This document shows, one piece after another, positions 1 to 9,007 of a stretch of DNA of 52,139 nucleotides. The stretch's first letter is position 1, and every line of letters begins with the position of its first letter. Both the position numbers and the translations under genes were made by a program. This DNA is from a virus (taxonomy: Duplodnaviria; Heunggongvirae; Uroviricota; Caudoviricetes). The DNA lies in the IMG/VR virus record IMGVR_UViG_2541047752_000007, positions 1 through 52,139 of that record, one strand, 5' to 3'. The notes under the pieces are model-generated. The model searched no databases. It worked only from the letters and a program-made list of their open reading frames with translations, and had not been told where the DNA came from.

Positions 1-231
1 TTATGTATTATCTTTGGCTGACGTTAAACCAATCTGATCAAAGAACTGCATTACGTCCTGATAGCGGTACATAACGCCACGCCCGGTACCAAGTACATCA
101 ACAGGGGCCGGGAACGGAGTTCCGTTCCGTTCCCACTTTTTACGCCATAAATAAAACGTTCCCCTGCTAATTCCCCCCAGCATACGGCAGATGGCAGGGC
201 GACTAAGAAGAATTGTCCCGGTTTTATCCAT
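1..231 (-). CDS. AlpA/excisionase-like small DNA-binding protein
   Basis: 76 aa; GTFYLWRKKWERNGTPFPAPV resembles the AlpA/Xis HTH core; last gene of the leftward operon at the prophage edge. Confidence 0.5.
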   Translation of the reverse strand: MDKTGTILLSRPAICRMLGGISRGTFYLWRKKWERNGTPFPAPVDVLGTGRGVMYRYQDVMQFFDQIGLTSAKDNT

Positions 232-886
232 TATTCACCCCCGTGTATTCAACGTGTCCTATACATCCGTCTATAATAGCTTGCGCCATATTGCGATAAT
301 CGCACGAAAATTCGTTGTCGCGGTTAAAATCAATTTCTTTTGCAGCATCTTCACCGATAACCTTAGTAGCAAGTGCAAACGCAATTTCAGCCAGTATTTT
401 TTCTTTCGGATCTACATACAACTTATGAGCGAAATGCTTCCATTCCCCGGCTTGTTCAAAATCAGGCGCATCCATTTCTACAAAAAGAGCAAGGCGATCA
501 CTTATATACTTGTATTTCAGAATAACATATTTCCGACCATCGACAGGATCTAGAAGCTCAAGCCATACTCCGCATGGAGGCTTTTCTCCTGCCATCCATT
601 CCGTAACTTCTGGCGTATCGCAATCATGCCGCTCATCTTCGATTAATTCGTCAATGATTTCACTTTCTTTGTTCATGCCATCATCATCTTTATTAGATAA
701 ATTGGCATATTTATCAAACTTCCAGCTTGCCGCCATAACAGAATAAGTGCCGCGATCAGCGCGAACACCAACTAAATAACATGATCCAAAATTATATTCT
801 TCCCTGCATGTCGATACTTCAAACGATGGGTAGCATTCAGGGTTAGTGCGATGGCTAATCACACCGATTGCTTTTGATTTACTCAT
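224..886 (-). CDS. hypothetical phage protein
   Basis: 220 aa acidic ORF, start overlaps the downstream xis-like gene; no recognisable motif. Confidence 0.4.
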   Translation of the reverse strand: MSKSKAIGVISHRTNPECYPSFEVSTCREEYNFGSCYLVGVRADRGTYSVMAASWKFDKYANLSNKDDDGMNKESEIIDELIEDERHDCDTPEVTEWMAGEKPPCGVWLELLDPVDGRKYVILKYKYISDRLALFVEMDAPDFEQAGEWKHFAHKLYVDPKEKILAEIAFALATKVIGEDAAKEIDFNRDNEFSCDYRNMAQAIIDGCIGHVEYTGVNNG

Positions 887-900
887 TTGTTTATCCTCAA

Positions 901-1077
901 TTATGCCACTGGTACATCGTCAACTTTAATAAAATAATGTGGATGATTTCTAATATCTCTCAGGTAGTAGCACTGACACTCTCGCCACTCATTAGCCGCG
1001 CGATTAAGATAAAACACATTACCATTTTCTACCTTGTAATAAATCCCGGTCGGTTTAGCTTTAAAATACTCAACCAT
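901..1077 (-). CDS. hypothetical small protein (58 aa)
   Basis: Hand-translated MVEYFKAKPTGIYYKVENGNVFYLNRAANEWRECQCYYLRDIRNHPHYFIKVDDVPVA; ATG shares a base with the ninB stop; below ORF-track cutoff. Confidence 0.3.
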   Translation of the reverse strand: MVEYFKAKPTGIYYKVENGNVFYLNRAANEWRECQCYYLRDIRNHPHYFIKVDDVPVA

Positions 1078-1508
1078 TATTGCCCCCAGCGTTTTATAAA
1101 TTCCTCGTTTAATTTTGTATCACCTGACCACTGAACGCCATGCTCAGCGCCGAACGAGTAGATCAATTCGATTAGTTCACTGAATTCTGATTTACTCATT
1201 CGACTTGTAGATGTTCCCAATACAACGAAGCCGGATTTATCCAGATTAGGCACGACGCCATATTTTTTAAGCCCGGCGGTGAATACCGCTTTCCAGTCTT
1301 CCGGCGACAGCTTCTTACCGTACCAATTAACCTGATCACTAATGTCGGTTAGCAACGCCCATAGAAGGCTATTTTGGCTTAGCGAGCGGGTTTTCTCCTG
1401 GATGGTAATTATCAGCGGGCTTTTGCTATCAGGCTGGATCTCTCTTATCTGCCTGATAGCGTTTTCTTTTACGGCGTCGTTTACTATTTCAAATCTAATT
1501 TGCCTCAT
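1077..1508 (-). CDS. ninB: NinB/Orf-family recombination protein
   Basis: 143 aa; SQNSLLWALLTDISDQVNWYGKK and VVPNLDKSGFVVLGTSTSRMSKSEFSELIELI align with remembered lambda NinB. Confidence 0.75.
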   Translation of the reverse strand: MRQIRFEIVNDAVKENAIRQIREIQPDSKSPLIITIQEKTRSLSQNSLLWALLTDISDQVNWYGKKLSPEDWKAVFTAGLKKYGVVPNLDKSGFVVLGTSTSRMSKSEFSELIELIYSFGAEHGVQWSGDTKLNEEFIKRWGQ

Positions 1509-1702
1509 AATACACCGTTACTGTTTTTCCACTGCGCCCGCGCATACATGATCGCCTGCAAAGAAATTAGACGTGAGCTTGTCATGAAAGCGCTTTTTAA
1601 GTATCTCATATCAACCACAACAGGTTTATCAGGATCGTCACCGCGCATGTATTCCGCAATAGTGCTAAAGTCTTCAATGGTTAAATCTAACTCCTTATTC
1701 AT
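1505..1702 (-). CDS. hypothetical protein
   Basis: 65 aa ORF, 4-nt overlap with ninB start. Confidence 0.35.
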   Translation of the reverse strand: MNKELDLTIEDFSTIAEYMRGDDPDKPVVVDMRYLKSAFMTSSRLISLQAIMYARAQWKNSNGVL

Positions 1703-1711
1703 GATCGCCCC

Positions 1712-1918
1712 TCACACAATACGCATTGTGTTTCGTAATTCACCGCGCAGCACCCGCAGTGCATCACGCATTGGTACAAAAACCCGGTTAAATTTTACGT
1801 GTTTATATTTCCGCATCAGTGGCGGTGTATACACCTTTGCGTCGTATACTTCCCACGGATAATAAACGCGCGTATCGTCAACAAACGTTTCAACTGAATA
1901 AAAGATTACCCGTATCAT
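1712..1918 (-). CDS. hypothetical protein
   Basis: 68 aa ORF in operon context. Confidence 0.35.
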   Translation of the reverse strand: MIRVIFYSVETFVDDTRVYYPWEVYDAKVYTPPLMRKYKHVKFNRVFVPMRDALRVLRGELRNTMRIV

Positions 1919-2472
1919 AATTCCAACCCCGTTTCACCGTTAAGTTTTTCGATCTCAAATACTGGTTTATCCGGCAGCAGGCCGTTATTTTTCCGGTATT
2001 CATTCAGGCGGCTGTCAAAATCAAACGCGAGATCATTAGCGTGACCGAAGCGCCCAGGTTTAAACAGTGAGTAAAAATTAAGGCCGTGCTTATTGGTGTC
2101 TATGCAAAGCGTTTCATCCAGTACCATTAAACGCAGCGTGCGCGACAGGTAATTCCACGGAATACCAGTTTCCGCGCTAATGTCACGCATACGCTTTTTA
2201 ACGCTGTAGTCACTAAATAACGATGCCACACGATCGCGACGTTGTGCATACAAATATTTAATTCGATAGCCAAGCAACCTGCGGCGAGGTCCGAAATATG
2301 TATATACACGCTCGACAATGCCAGTGTCGATTAAGTGTTTAATTGTCTCAGGCAAACATCCAGCTTCGTCATATTCCGCTGATAATCCTGTTTTCTGGCG
2401 TAACTGGTGCATTGTGTCGATGCCATCAAGTTCAAGGATATTGATAATTTTTGCTTCAAGTTCAATGCTCAT
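1915..2472 (-). CDS. hypothetical protein, start chosen at MSIELEAK
   Basis: ORF track 1915-2508; internal ATG at 2472 has a GAGG RBS 9 nt upstream; immediately downstream of helicase. Confidence 0.4.
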   Translation of the reverse strand: MSIELEAKIINILELDGIDTMHQLRQKTGLSAEYDEAGCLPETIKHLIDTGIVERVYTYFGPRRRLLGYRIKYLYAQRRDRVASLFSDYSVKKRMRDISAETGIPWNYLSRTLRLMVLDETLCIDTNKHGLNFYSLFKPGRFGHANDLAFDFDSRLNEYRKNNGLLPDKPVFEIEKLNGETGLEL

Positions 2473-2551
2473 TGTTTTTCGCCTCGTTTTAAGCGCGAAA
2501 ACAGCCACTAGAAAGCGGTCAACTTTCCGGTAAGCCGTTTGCTCAAGTTAA

Positions 2552-3973
2552 TTAAAAAGATGCGTTGCTCTGGCTGTTTCGTGGGGAGAATCGACTTGCC
2601 GCCGGACGTTGTTGCATTGACTGAATGCAAGCGGACGCCGCGCGGGCCTGGTTGCATGGGATGATGTTGCCGTTATCGTCAAACCGCTGGTAAACAGTCC
2701 CCGTTTTCCCGTGACGGTTTTTTGAAACGATGATCTCCATATATTCGCGGGCAACCGATTGTTCGTTGTAGTAGCCGTCGCGGTAGACCATGATGATCCG
2801 GTCTGCGTCCTGTTCAAGATTACCGGAATCACGCAGATCAGAATTGTTCGGGCGCTTGTTCGGTCGTTCCTCAACGCGGCGGGATAATTGCGCCAGTGCC
2901 GCCACTGGCACGCGCAACTCTTTCGCCATCATTTTCAATGACCACGACAATTGCCCTACGGCGAGATCATGACGTTCGGCCTTAGCCAGTTTCATTAACC
3001 CGATATAGTCAATCATCACCATCCCCAGGTTAGGATGGTCCTGTTTCATCCGTTCGACGGTGGCGCGTATTTCCTCGACCGTTAACTGCGATGCGTCAAC
3101 AATCCACACATCGAGATCGGCAAGGGCACTCATTCCCTGGGTGACGTGCGCCCAACCTTCGTCATCCAGTTTTACCGGATTACGTAGGCAGTCGGTTGAT
3201 AAATTACCAGCGCCAGCTATAGCGCGTTCAGTCATCTGATCGAGTGACATTTCAAGCGTGAAGAACAAAACGCCAACCCGCTGATCTTTACTGCCAGGGT
3301 AAGGGCGCTCAGCAGCAGCGCGGGCAATCGCCAGCGCCAACGCAGATTTACCAGACCCAGGGCGTCCGGCGAGAAGTACCAAATCAGTAGCGTTAATACC
3401 GCCTAACATTTCGTCGAGCGGTTCTATCCCTGTTTTGATGTTGTCAGAATTGACACCGCATTCCATGCGCTTGCTTAAAACCTCTGTGTATTCCTGTACC
3501 GCATCGCGCAACAGAACAGGAATGATCTTGTCTTTAGTTGCCTTTAATTTTGAATACCGGGAATCAAAATCTTTCATCGTCTCTTTGACGACTTCAAGCG
3601 TCCCCGTTTCCAGCTTGTAGCGCATGTCGTCGATTAGTTCCAACATCTGCCTACGCTGGTGTTCTTCACGTAGTAGCTGTGCGTACCCTTTCAGGTTGGC
3701 AGCAGAAGGGCACGATCGCGCCGTTTGCATCAGCGGAACAAAGTTTTCATTGCCAATCTCATCGCCAACCAATAACGCGTCGATAAGATTCCTGTTTCTG
3801 GCTTGCGCCCGGATAATTTCAAACGCCCGCTTATACAGCGGAATAGTGAACACTTCAGGATCTAGTGTAGCGAGAACATCTTGCGCGTTAGGAGTGAGGC
3901 CGCCTAATAGCAGCCCGCCGATAACTGACGCTTCACGTTCCTGCCGTAGTGAGTTTATTTGCTCAGTTACCAT
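2552..3973 (-). CDS. DnaB-like replicative DNA helicase
   Basis: 473 aa; Walker A GRPGSGKS, IIVSKNRHGKTG and other DnaB C-terminal motifs; GGAGGT RBS; about 30 aa C-terminal extension. Confidence 0.9.
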   Translation of the reverse strand: MVTEQINSLRQEREASVIGGLLLGGLTPNAQDVLATLDPEVFTIPLYKRAFEIIRAQARNRNLIDALLVGDEIGNENFVPLMQTARSCPSAANLKGYAQLLREEHQRRQMLELIDDMRYKLETGTLEVVKETMKDFDSRYSKLKATKDKIIPVLLRDAVQEYTEVLSKRMECGVNSDNIKTGIEPLDEMLGGINATDLVLLAGRPGSGKSALALAIARAAAERPYPGSKDQRVGVLFFTLEMSLDQMTERAIAGAGNLSTDCLRNPVKLDDEGWAHVTQGMSALADLDVWIVDASQLTVEEIRATVERMKQDHPNLGMVMIDYIGLMKLAKAERHDLAVGQLSWSLKMMAKELRVPVAALAQLSRRVEERPNKRPNNSDLRDSGNLEQDADRIIMVYRDGYYNEQSVAREYMEIIVSKNRHGKTGTVYQRFDDNGNIIPCNQARAASACIQSMQQRPAASRFSPRNSQSNASF

Positions 3974-3991
3974 TATGTCATTACCTCCGGT

Positions 3992-5110
3992 TTACAAAAT
4001 GGAATATTCAGGGTAATAAACAAAGCGCCCAATTTCCCCATGATCCGGGCTGTAAATAATCACCGCTGCCAGACGCCGCGACCGCCAGCCGCCATTAGTT
4101 GAATATGCGTCTTTGCCAGCTAATGTGCCGTGGTGCTCAACTATTCCAAGTGATGTTTCAACAACTGATTGATGGTGCAGATGTCCAGTGTGAGCGTAAA
4201 CAGCCACAGACCTCCCGAAATCCTCCCGCCAGTCAGATACGCAAGCCGACAATAAATTTTCCGGCTTTTTGATAGTGTGCCCGTGGTGGTAAGCAAGGAA
4301 TGTTTTGCCGTACTGTGTGTGGTGGACGATAGCAGGGGACACATCAACAGTTACGCGCGGTTCATCTTCGTAAAAAGCCGCCAGCGCCGCACGTAGCCAA
4401 ATCATGCCAGACTGATCGTGATTGCCTGATAGTACCTGGATTTCAATATCCTTATGATTTAACAACATCTTTCCTACCGCCAGACGTACCGCTCGGATCG
4501 CTACATAGACAAGTTTTGCATAGCGTGAATCGCAATCCAGTACGTGATTGCTTGATGGCGTAACTGGCAACAGCCCGTCAGTGTGAAGAACATCCCCACC
4601 GAGAAGCAAAACAGCTTTTTCAGACATCGGCGCAGCGCCCACCGCGTAGTCAAAGAATTCATTCAACACGCGTTCAGCGATCCCAGTGTCGTAGCTCTCG
4701 CCGCATTCAGCTTTATGAGCAAGCGCCCCGATATGCAGATCAAATACCGGATAAAGGGCCAGGCTTTTTTGAAAATCAATTTCAGGCACTGGCACGGCCT
4801 CCGCGCGTGGTATTTCTTCCGTGAATGCGTCGCGGGCAGCTTCCATTAGCCTTTCCATTTCATCACGGTCACGGGCAGTTTTAATCCAGCGCATGACCGT
4901 ATTACCAGCCTTATCGACAAGAACAGATTCACCAGTAATGCCAAAACCAGGCGCGCGACGCGTTGATATTAAACCGCGTTTCGCCAGTTTTGCGCCTAGC
5001 CGCTCGACGTTGCGTTTTGACATGCCATATTTTTCAGCGATCTGCTTGTACGTTAAACCGTTGTTATATTCAGCGATCAATTGCTCATCGCTGATTTTTC
5101 TTTGCGACAT
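3992..5110 (-). CDS. HTH domain fused to calcineurin-like metallophosphoesterase
   Basis: 372 aa; N-terminal LTYKQIAEKYGMSKRNVERL HTH; phosphoesterase motifs FDLHIG, GGDVLHTDG, SGNHD, YHHGH, HTGHLHH. Confidence 0.6.
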   Translation of the reverse strand: MSQRKISDEQLIAEYNNGLTYKQIAEKYGMSKRNVERLGAKLAKRGLISTRRAPGFGITGESVLVDKAGNTVMRWIKTARDRDEMERLMEAARDAFTEEIPRAEAVPVPEIDFQKSLALYPVFDLHIGALAHKAECGESYDTGIAERVLNEFFDYAVGAAPMSEKAVLLLGGDVLHTDGLLPVTPSSNHVLDCDSRYAKLVYVAIRAVRLAVGKMLLNHKDIEIQVLSGNHDQSGMIWLRAALAAFYEDEPRVTVDVSPAIVHHTQYGKTFLAYHHGHTIKKPENLLSACVSDWREDFGRSVAVYAHTGHLHHQSVVETSLGIVEHHGTLAGKDAYSTNGGWRSRRLAAVIIYSPDHGEIGRFVYYPEYSIL

Positions 5111-5143
5111 AATGTTATTTCCTCATGTTTACATTTTGTATAT

Positions 5144-5866
5144 TTATTGACAACAAACAATCTCTTTATATGTTTCTTCTACCATGTCGAATACTTCCGG
5201 CCTGTAATAAAAAAATTCAGTGCTACCATCAAACTTAACAGGGAAGTTTATTTTATAGTCACTGAAAGCATCGTGCATTTTGCTTTCTATTTCCTGCATA
5301 ATCTCAGTAGGCCCATTCCATGTTTTAACTACCTGTAAATCAGTCAGCCTTACACCTGCCTTACGAGCACTTTTAAATACTCTGTTCCTCCTTTCGTTCT
5401 CTTTTACGCTTACACCAATTTTCATTTGTGTAGGCACTTCAAGATCATCAACCATGATGTAAAGTTTTCCGTTGTAGTGTGATAAAAACCCGTATTTAGC
5501 GCATTTCGGGCAACCGCGCCCGCTCTTAATGTCTCTAGGTTTAGCCGACCACTCATGATCACAAACCTTGCAGCGGCATAATACTTTTGTACTGTTATTA
5601 ACTATTTCAACCAGCACTTCAATATCAGGATTAACCTTAGCAATAGCCGATATTTGTTCTTCATGCGATAACTTCATATTCCCAGCGCATTTCTGGCAAC
5701 CACGTCCATATTTAATATTGCTAGGTGTAGCCGACCATTCATGGTTACAAACTTTGCAGCGACATAATACTTTTGTACTGTTATTAACAATTTCCCCTAA
5801 CACTTCAACATCAGGATTAACTTTCGCGATAGCTGCAACTTGTTCTTCATGTGTTAACTTGCGCAT
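5144..5866 (-). CDS. T5orf172 (GIY-YIG-like) domain protein with duplicated N-terminal zinc ribbon
   Basis: 240 aa; two copies of HEEQxAAIAKVNPDxEVLxEIVNNSTKVLCRCKVCxHEWSA...GRGCxKCA; C-terminal GKLYIMVDD...KIGVS...TEFF matches T5orf172 pattern. Confidence 0.5.
   Translation of the reverse strand: MRKLTHEEQVAAIAKVNPDVEVLGEIVNNSTKVLCRCKVCNHEWSATPSNIKYGRGCQKCAGNMKLSHEEQISAIAKVNPDIEVLVEIVNNSTKVLCRCKVCDHEWSAKPRDIKSGRGCPKCAKYGFLSHYNGKLYIMVDDLEVPTQMKIGVSVKENERRNRVFKSARKAGVRLTDLQVVKTWNGPTEIMQEIESKMHDAFSDYKINFPVKFDGSTEFFYYRPEVFDMVEETYKEIVCCQ
5490..5866. repeat. intragenic tandem duplication, about 180-bp unit x2
   Basis: 5570-5700 and 5750-5870 are near-identical (e.g. gcagcggcataatacttttgtactgttattaac vs gcagcgacataatacttttgtactgttattaac). 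Confidence 0.8.
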
Positions 5867-6005
5867 CGCTCCAACTCCTTAAGAACATCATGCGCGCTAC
5901 AACGCAAAAACCCACCGCGACACCCGTTTGCACAGGTTGCAGTGTCTTATTGCGTCAGAGACGCCATCAGGTGGCTAATTTTCGATTTACAGAATGGTAG
6001 GTAGG

Positions 6006-6107
6006 TTATGGATTGATTAGCAGGTACAGACCGCCGAACAAGGCGACGTTAACAGCGATTGCCGCAGCGATGGCAAAAGCCAGGGCGAAAACGTGTTTAC
6101 CGTCCAT
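6006..6107 (-). CDS. small hydrophobic peptide (33 aa, one predicted TM helix)
   Basis: Hand-translated MDGKHVFALAFAIAAAIAVNVALFGGLYLLINP; GAGAGGA RBS about 8 nt upstream; below ORF-track cutoff. Confidence 0.35.
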   Translation of the reverse strand: MDGKHVFALAFAIAAAIAVNVALFGGLYLLINP

Positions 6108-6240
6108 TTTAAAATCCTCTCTGTAACGCTCTATAACGAGCTAATCGCAAAAAGGTAAGCAAGTGTAGCACCACATGCGATTTAGCTCGCTGGTGAGGTT
6201 GTTTTGTGGGTAATTTTGGATTTTTGCGGATCGTGATTGG

Positions 6241-7293
6241 TCAAAGAACGCCAGCGCGCGTATCACGTAGCGTTTTTGGTTTAAGCAGGAAATCAAGTGT
6301 CGCGGTGAAGCCATCGCCGAAGTAAAAATCTGAAGCCGTGTTTTTGAACGTTTCGAAGTAGGCGACAAAGCCGTTAATGCTTTTGTCTTTCAGGTAGTCA
6401 GTGAACGCATAGATCTTGCGTTCAAGATCCCGATCCAGTTCGGCAGGTGGTAACAGGCCGTCAAACGTGCTGTTAAATGCTTCCACCACGTCGGCAGCGT
6501 TTACAGTGGCTGACAGTTTGCGCCATTGTTCAGCATCAGTCAGATACCCATCAAATTTAGTTACCCGGCAAATGTTGATAGGCTTAGGTACTCCACCACG
6601 GCTACGCCATTGGGTTAAAGCCCACTCAATTACTAACGTGATCTCATTCTCCGTATACGCTTTACGTGTTTTTGTTTCTGTCAGTAGTTCTACGAATGGC
6701 TTAGCATCACGACATTTGCATCCTGCCTTGTCGTTGTAGAAGGCAAGGCAACGCAATGCCGCTTCGTTTACGCCATCCTGATTGACCATTTTTTGTTCAT
6801 TTTCGACAATACACGAAGTGTATATATCTTTTTCTCTTTCTTTTTCTACTTCTAATTCTAATTCATGACCCTTTCCTGACCCGGTCATGACCCTATCATG
6901 ACCTTTTTGTGTTGGATTGATTAACTTTTCTAATTTTAATTGCTCCTTCGCTGTGTTTATGGCGGCCCTGTAAGCGCTTTTAGAAGTCATTGATTGGTCC
7001 AGCCTTTTCAATAACTTTAAACAAGTTATGTGGCCTTGAGAACATTCAAACAAACCAATTTCGATGAAGTATTTCATCATTTCTTCTATACGTTTTTCAG
7101 TAGATCCGACGTTTCGAGCAATGATTCTCGCGTCATGTCGTAGGTCAAAAGTCAGATTGTGCTGATCTACGTCATAAGTTATTAGTTCGAGGCAATACCA
7201 ATAAAGCCCGTACCCTTCCAGGCCATAATCTAACAAAACGTTTTGAAGTTTTTCATCGCGGTTCGCATCGCTGTCATGCTTAAACCACTTCAT
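6241..7293 (-). CDS. phage replisome organizer / replication initiation protein (DUF4373-like N-terminus)
   Basis: 350 aa; N-terminus MKWFKHDSDANRDEKL...GLEGYGLYWYCLELI typical of Lin1244-like N-domain; GGAGGG RBS. Confidence 0.6.
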   Translation of the reverse strand: MKWFKHDSDANRDEKLQNVLLDYGLEGYGLYWYCLELITYDVDQHNLTFDLRHDARIIARNVGSTEKRIEEMMKYFIEIGLFECSQGHITCLKLLKRLDQSMTSKSAYRAAINTAKEQLKLEKLINPTQKGHDRVMTGSGKGHELELEVEKEREKDIYTSCIVENEQKMVNQDGVNEAALRCLAFYNDKAGCKCRDAKPFVELLTETKTRKAYTENEITLVIEWALTQWRSRGGVPKPINICRVTKFDGYLTDAEQWRKLSATVNAADVVEAFNSTFDGLLPPAELDRDLERKIYAFTDYLKDKSINGFVAYFETFKNTASDFYFGDGFTATLDFLLKPKTLRDTRAGVL

Positions 7294-7296
7294 AGA

Positions 7297-7554
7297 TCAT
7301 CCCTCCGGCAACATCACTACATAGACATCACTGAATGCATCAAGACGACAAACAAATCCTTTATCCATTAACGCGGCGAAGGCATCATGTACCGTATGAA
7401 CAGGAAGTTCACACATTGCGGCTACTTCTTTGCGTGATGCATCATGTACCCGTCCTTTGTTATCTGCCTTTTCAGCCAGAGCCATTAAGACAAGTTTTTG
7501 AATCGGGCTATTAAGTTTTACGTTCCATGCTTTACTAATCATGTTTATACTCAT
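7297..7554 (-). CDS. winged-helix DNA-binding protein (HTH_36-like)
   Basis: Start moved to ATG 7554 (GGAGA RBS); KLVLMALAEKADNKGRVHDASRKEVAAMCELPVHTVHDAFAALMDKGFV resembles HTH_36; first gene of leftward operon. Confidence 0.5.
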   Translation of the reverse strand: MSINMISKAWNVKLNSPIQKLVLMALAEKADNKGRVHDASRKEVAAMCELPVHTVHDAFAALMDKGFVCRLDAFSDVYVVMLPEG

Positions 7555-7662
7555 CGCATTTTCTCCTATGGTTAGAGTGAACGCGCGGGCGGGCATCCCA
7601 TTAGCATTAGATAGCAGTGACTGACCGCTCAACAGATCCCGCCGTTGCGTGATATTTGTTTT

Positions 7663-7696
7663 TCGCTTCGCAGCGACACCGGATTTTTAAAGAGCA
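7663..7696 (-). promoter_or_regulatory. candidate nut-like site (boxA plus boxB hairpin), leftward operon
   Basis: Minus strand reads TGCTCTTTAAAAATCCGG then hairpin TCGCT-GCGA-AGCGA; resembles remembered lambda nutL CGCTCTTAAAAATTAA plus boxB. Confidence 0.35.
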
Positions 7697-7821
7697 TAAG
7701 GTAAGTGCCTTTTTGTGCCTTCCGTTATCTTTTTCCTTGCGTCTTTGCAAGTATGGCCTTACCTTGTCTGCAAGTTTACAAAATGGAATTTTAAGATCAA
7801 GGCTTAAAATACACGTTTTGT

Positions 7822-7850
7822 GACTTGCATCAAACTTTTTGAGGTTATAG
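7822..7850 (+). promoter_or_regulatory. weak PRM-like promoter for the repressor gene, possibly leaderless mRNA
   Basis: GTGACT-N18-TTATAG ending about 9 nt before the cI ATG at 7860; no SD upstream of ATG. Confidence 0.3.
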
Positions 7851-7859
7851 GGTAGCGAC

Positions 7860-8507
7860 ATGAAAACAAAATGGTATGACTTAGCAAAGCAGCTCATGCG
7901 GGCGCAGGGCATGAGCCAGGATTCGCTCGCGGATCGTATGGGGATAACTAAAGGCGGCCTGTCACACTGGCTGAACGGTCGCCGAGAGCCAAATCTTGAA
8001 GATATTGCGCGGATTATGCGCGAGCTTGGTCGTCGGCAGTTTACTGTTACACATGATGGCATGGTCATTGATGATTCTGTTTCTAATACACTTCAGGCCG
8101 TGCCGCCGCGTGATTTAGGTAGTTACCCGGTTATTGACTGGAAGGACACAGTAAACAATATGGATGACGCAAGGCGTTCAGCATTACGACACGTTACGAC
8201 TAGCGTTATTTGTTCAGATGACAGTTACTGGCTGGTTGCCAAAGGTGAATCAATGAACGCGCCGCAGGGGTTGAGCATCCCGGCGGGGACGATGATACTT
8301 GTGGACCCGCACGCGCCAGCTATTGACGGCAAACTGGTTATAGCCCAGCTTGAGGAAGGGCAGATACCGACGTTTAAACAGTTGATTATTGATGGAGGTC
8401 AAAGGCTTTTACGTTCGCTCAATCCGCTGTATCCGCCAATCCCTATGAATCCAGAATCAAAAATTATAGGCGTGGTGGTTGATGCGAAGATCGTAAACCT
8501 GCCATAA
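7860..8507 (+). CDS. CI-like phage repressor (HTH_XRE plus S24 LexA-like peptidase)
   Basis: 215 aa; N-terminal HTH MSQDSLADRMGITKGGLSHWLNGRR; C-terminal GESM (Ser) and VVDAK (Lys) autocleavage dyad. Confidence 0.85.
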   Translation: MKTKWYDLAKQLMRAQGMSQDSLADRMGITKGGLSHWLNGRREPNLEDIARIMRELGRRQFTVTHDGMVIDDSVSNTLQAVPPRDLGSYPVIDWKDTVNNMDDARRSALRHVTTSVICSDDSYWLVAKGESMNAPQGLSIPAGTMILVDPHAPAIDGKLVIAQLEEGQIPTFKQLIIDGGQRLLRSLNPLYPPIPMNPESKIIGVVVDAKIVNLP

Positions 8508-8512
8508 ACATT

Positions 8513-8538
8513 AGCCGCCGAATGGCGGCTTTTCTTTG
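8513..8538 (+). terminator. rho-independent terminator after repressor gene
   Basis: agccgcc-gaat-ggcggct stem-loop followed by tttctttg. Confidence 0.5.
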
Positions 8539-8630
8539 CCTGGAAAACACCAAAACGTAAACAGAAAACGTTATTTATTATTTAAATATCAATGGCATAT
8601 AAAATATTTTAAAAAAGTATACAAAATGGA

Positions 8631-8659
8631 TTGACTCGATGTTTTACGGGGCGTATATT
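8631..8659 (+). promoter_or_regulatory. strong sigma70-like promoter (pL-like) for rightward early operon
   Basis: TTGACT-N17-TATATT; immediately preceded by the recurring tatacaaaatgga motif. Confidence 0.55.
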
Positions 8660-8701
8660 GCGAGTCAAAGGAAGGGCGCAGGTAACAAAAGCAACTTCCT
8701 G

Positions 8702-8718
8702 GCACTTTAAAAATCAGG
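8702..8718 (+). promoter_or_regulatory. candidate boxA-like element in 340-nt leader
   Basis: GGCACTTTAAAAATCAGG shares CTTTAAAAATC with the minus-strand boxA-like site at 7679-7696. Confidence 0.3.
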
Positions 8719-9007
8719 CTTAACACCTTGTCAACCGTGGAGTAACTCCCCGATGGGGGACCGAAAGCGGCACTGATAACAAGGCGCATGGGGTGTTTAA
8801 AGCGTTACATCCCCCACGAAACCGCACGCAAGGCGACGAGTCAGCTTGCTTGGAGTGAGCAAGGTCACGCCGGGAACGGCGATGATTGCGGGATTAGTTG
8901 AAAGATGTTAAGCCGCTCATTAACAATCTGGTCAGCCGCTGGAAGTGCGGCAATTAACGAAGATGATTTTTTATTAAGTATCATCAAGGATATACGGAGA
9001 TCAGATT

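Noticed and set aside
2548-2874. 108-aa minus-strand ORF
   Set aside because: Lies entirely within the DnaB-like helicase gene in another frame; Thr/Ser/Arg-rich low-complexity product.
6141-6368. 75-aa minus-strand ORF overlapping the 3' end of the replisome organizer
   Set aside because: Overlaps the organizer gene in another frame; no RBS.
7554-7632. N-terminal extension of the HTH_36 gene to 111 aa
   Set aside because: The extension would begin at TTG with no RBS; ATG at 7554 has a good RBS, and the extension would run through the boxA-like element.
7555-7859. Cro-like gene opposite the repressor
   Set aside because: The divergent region is too short for a gene plus promoters and contains no ORF with a start and RBS.
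7607-8068. 153-aa minus-strand ORF overlapping the repressor gene
   Set aside because: Antisense to the well-supported CI-like gene; no RBS; Arg/Ser-rich composition typical of a spurious frame.
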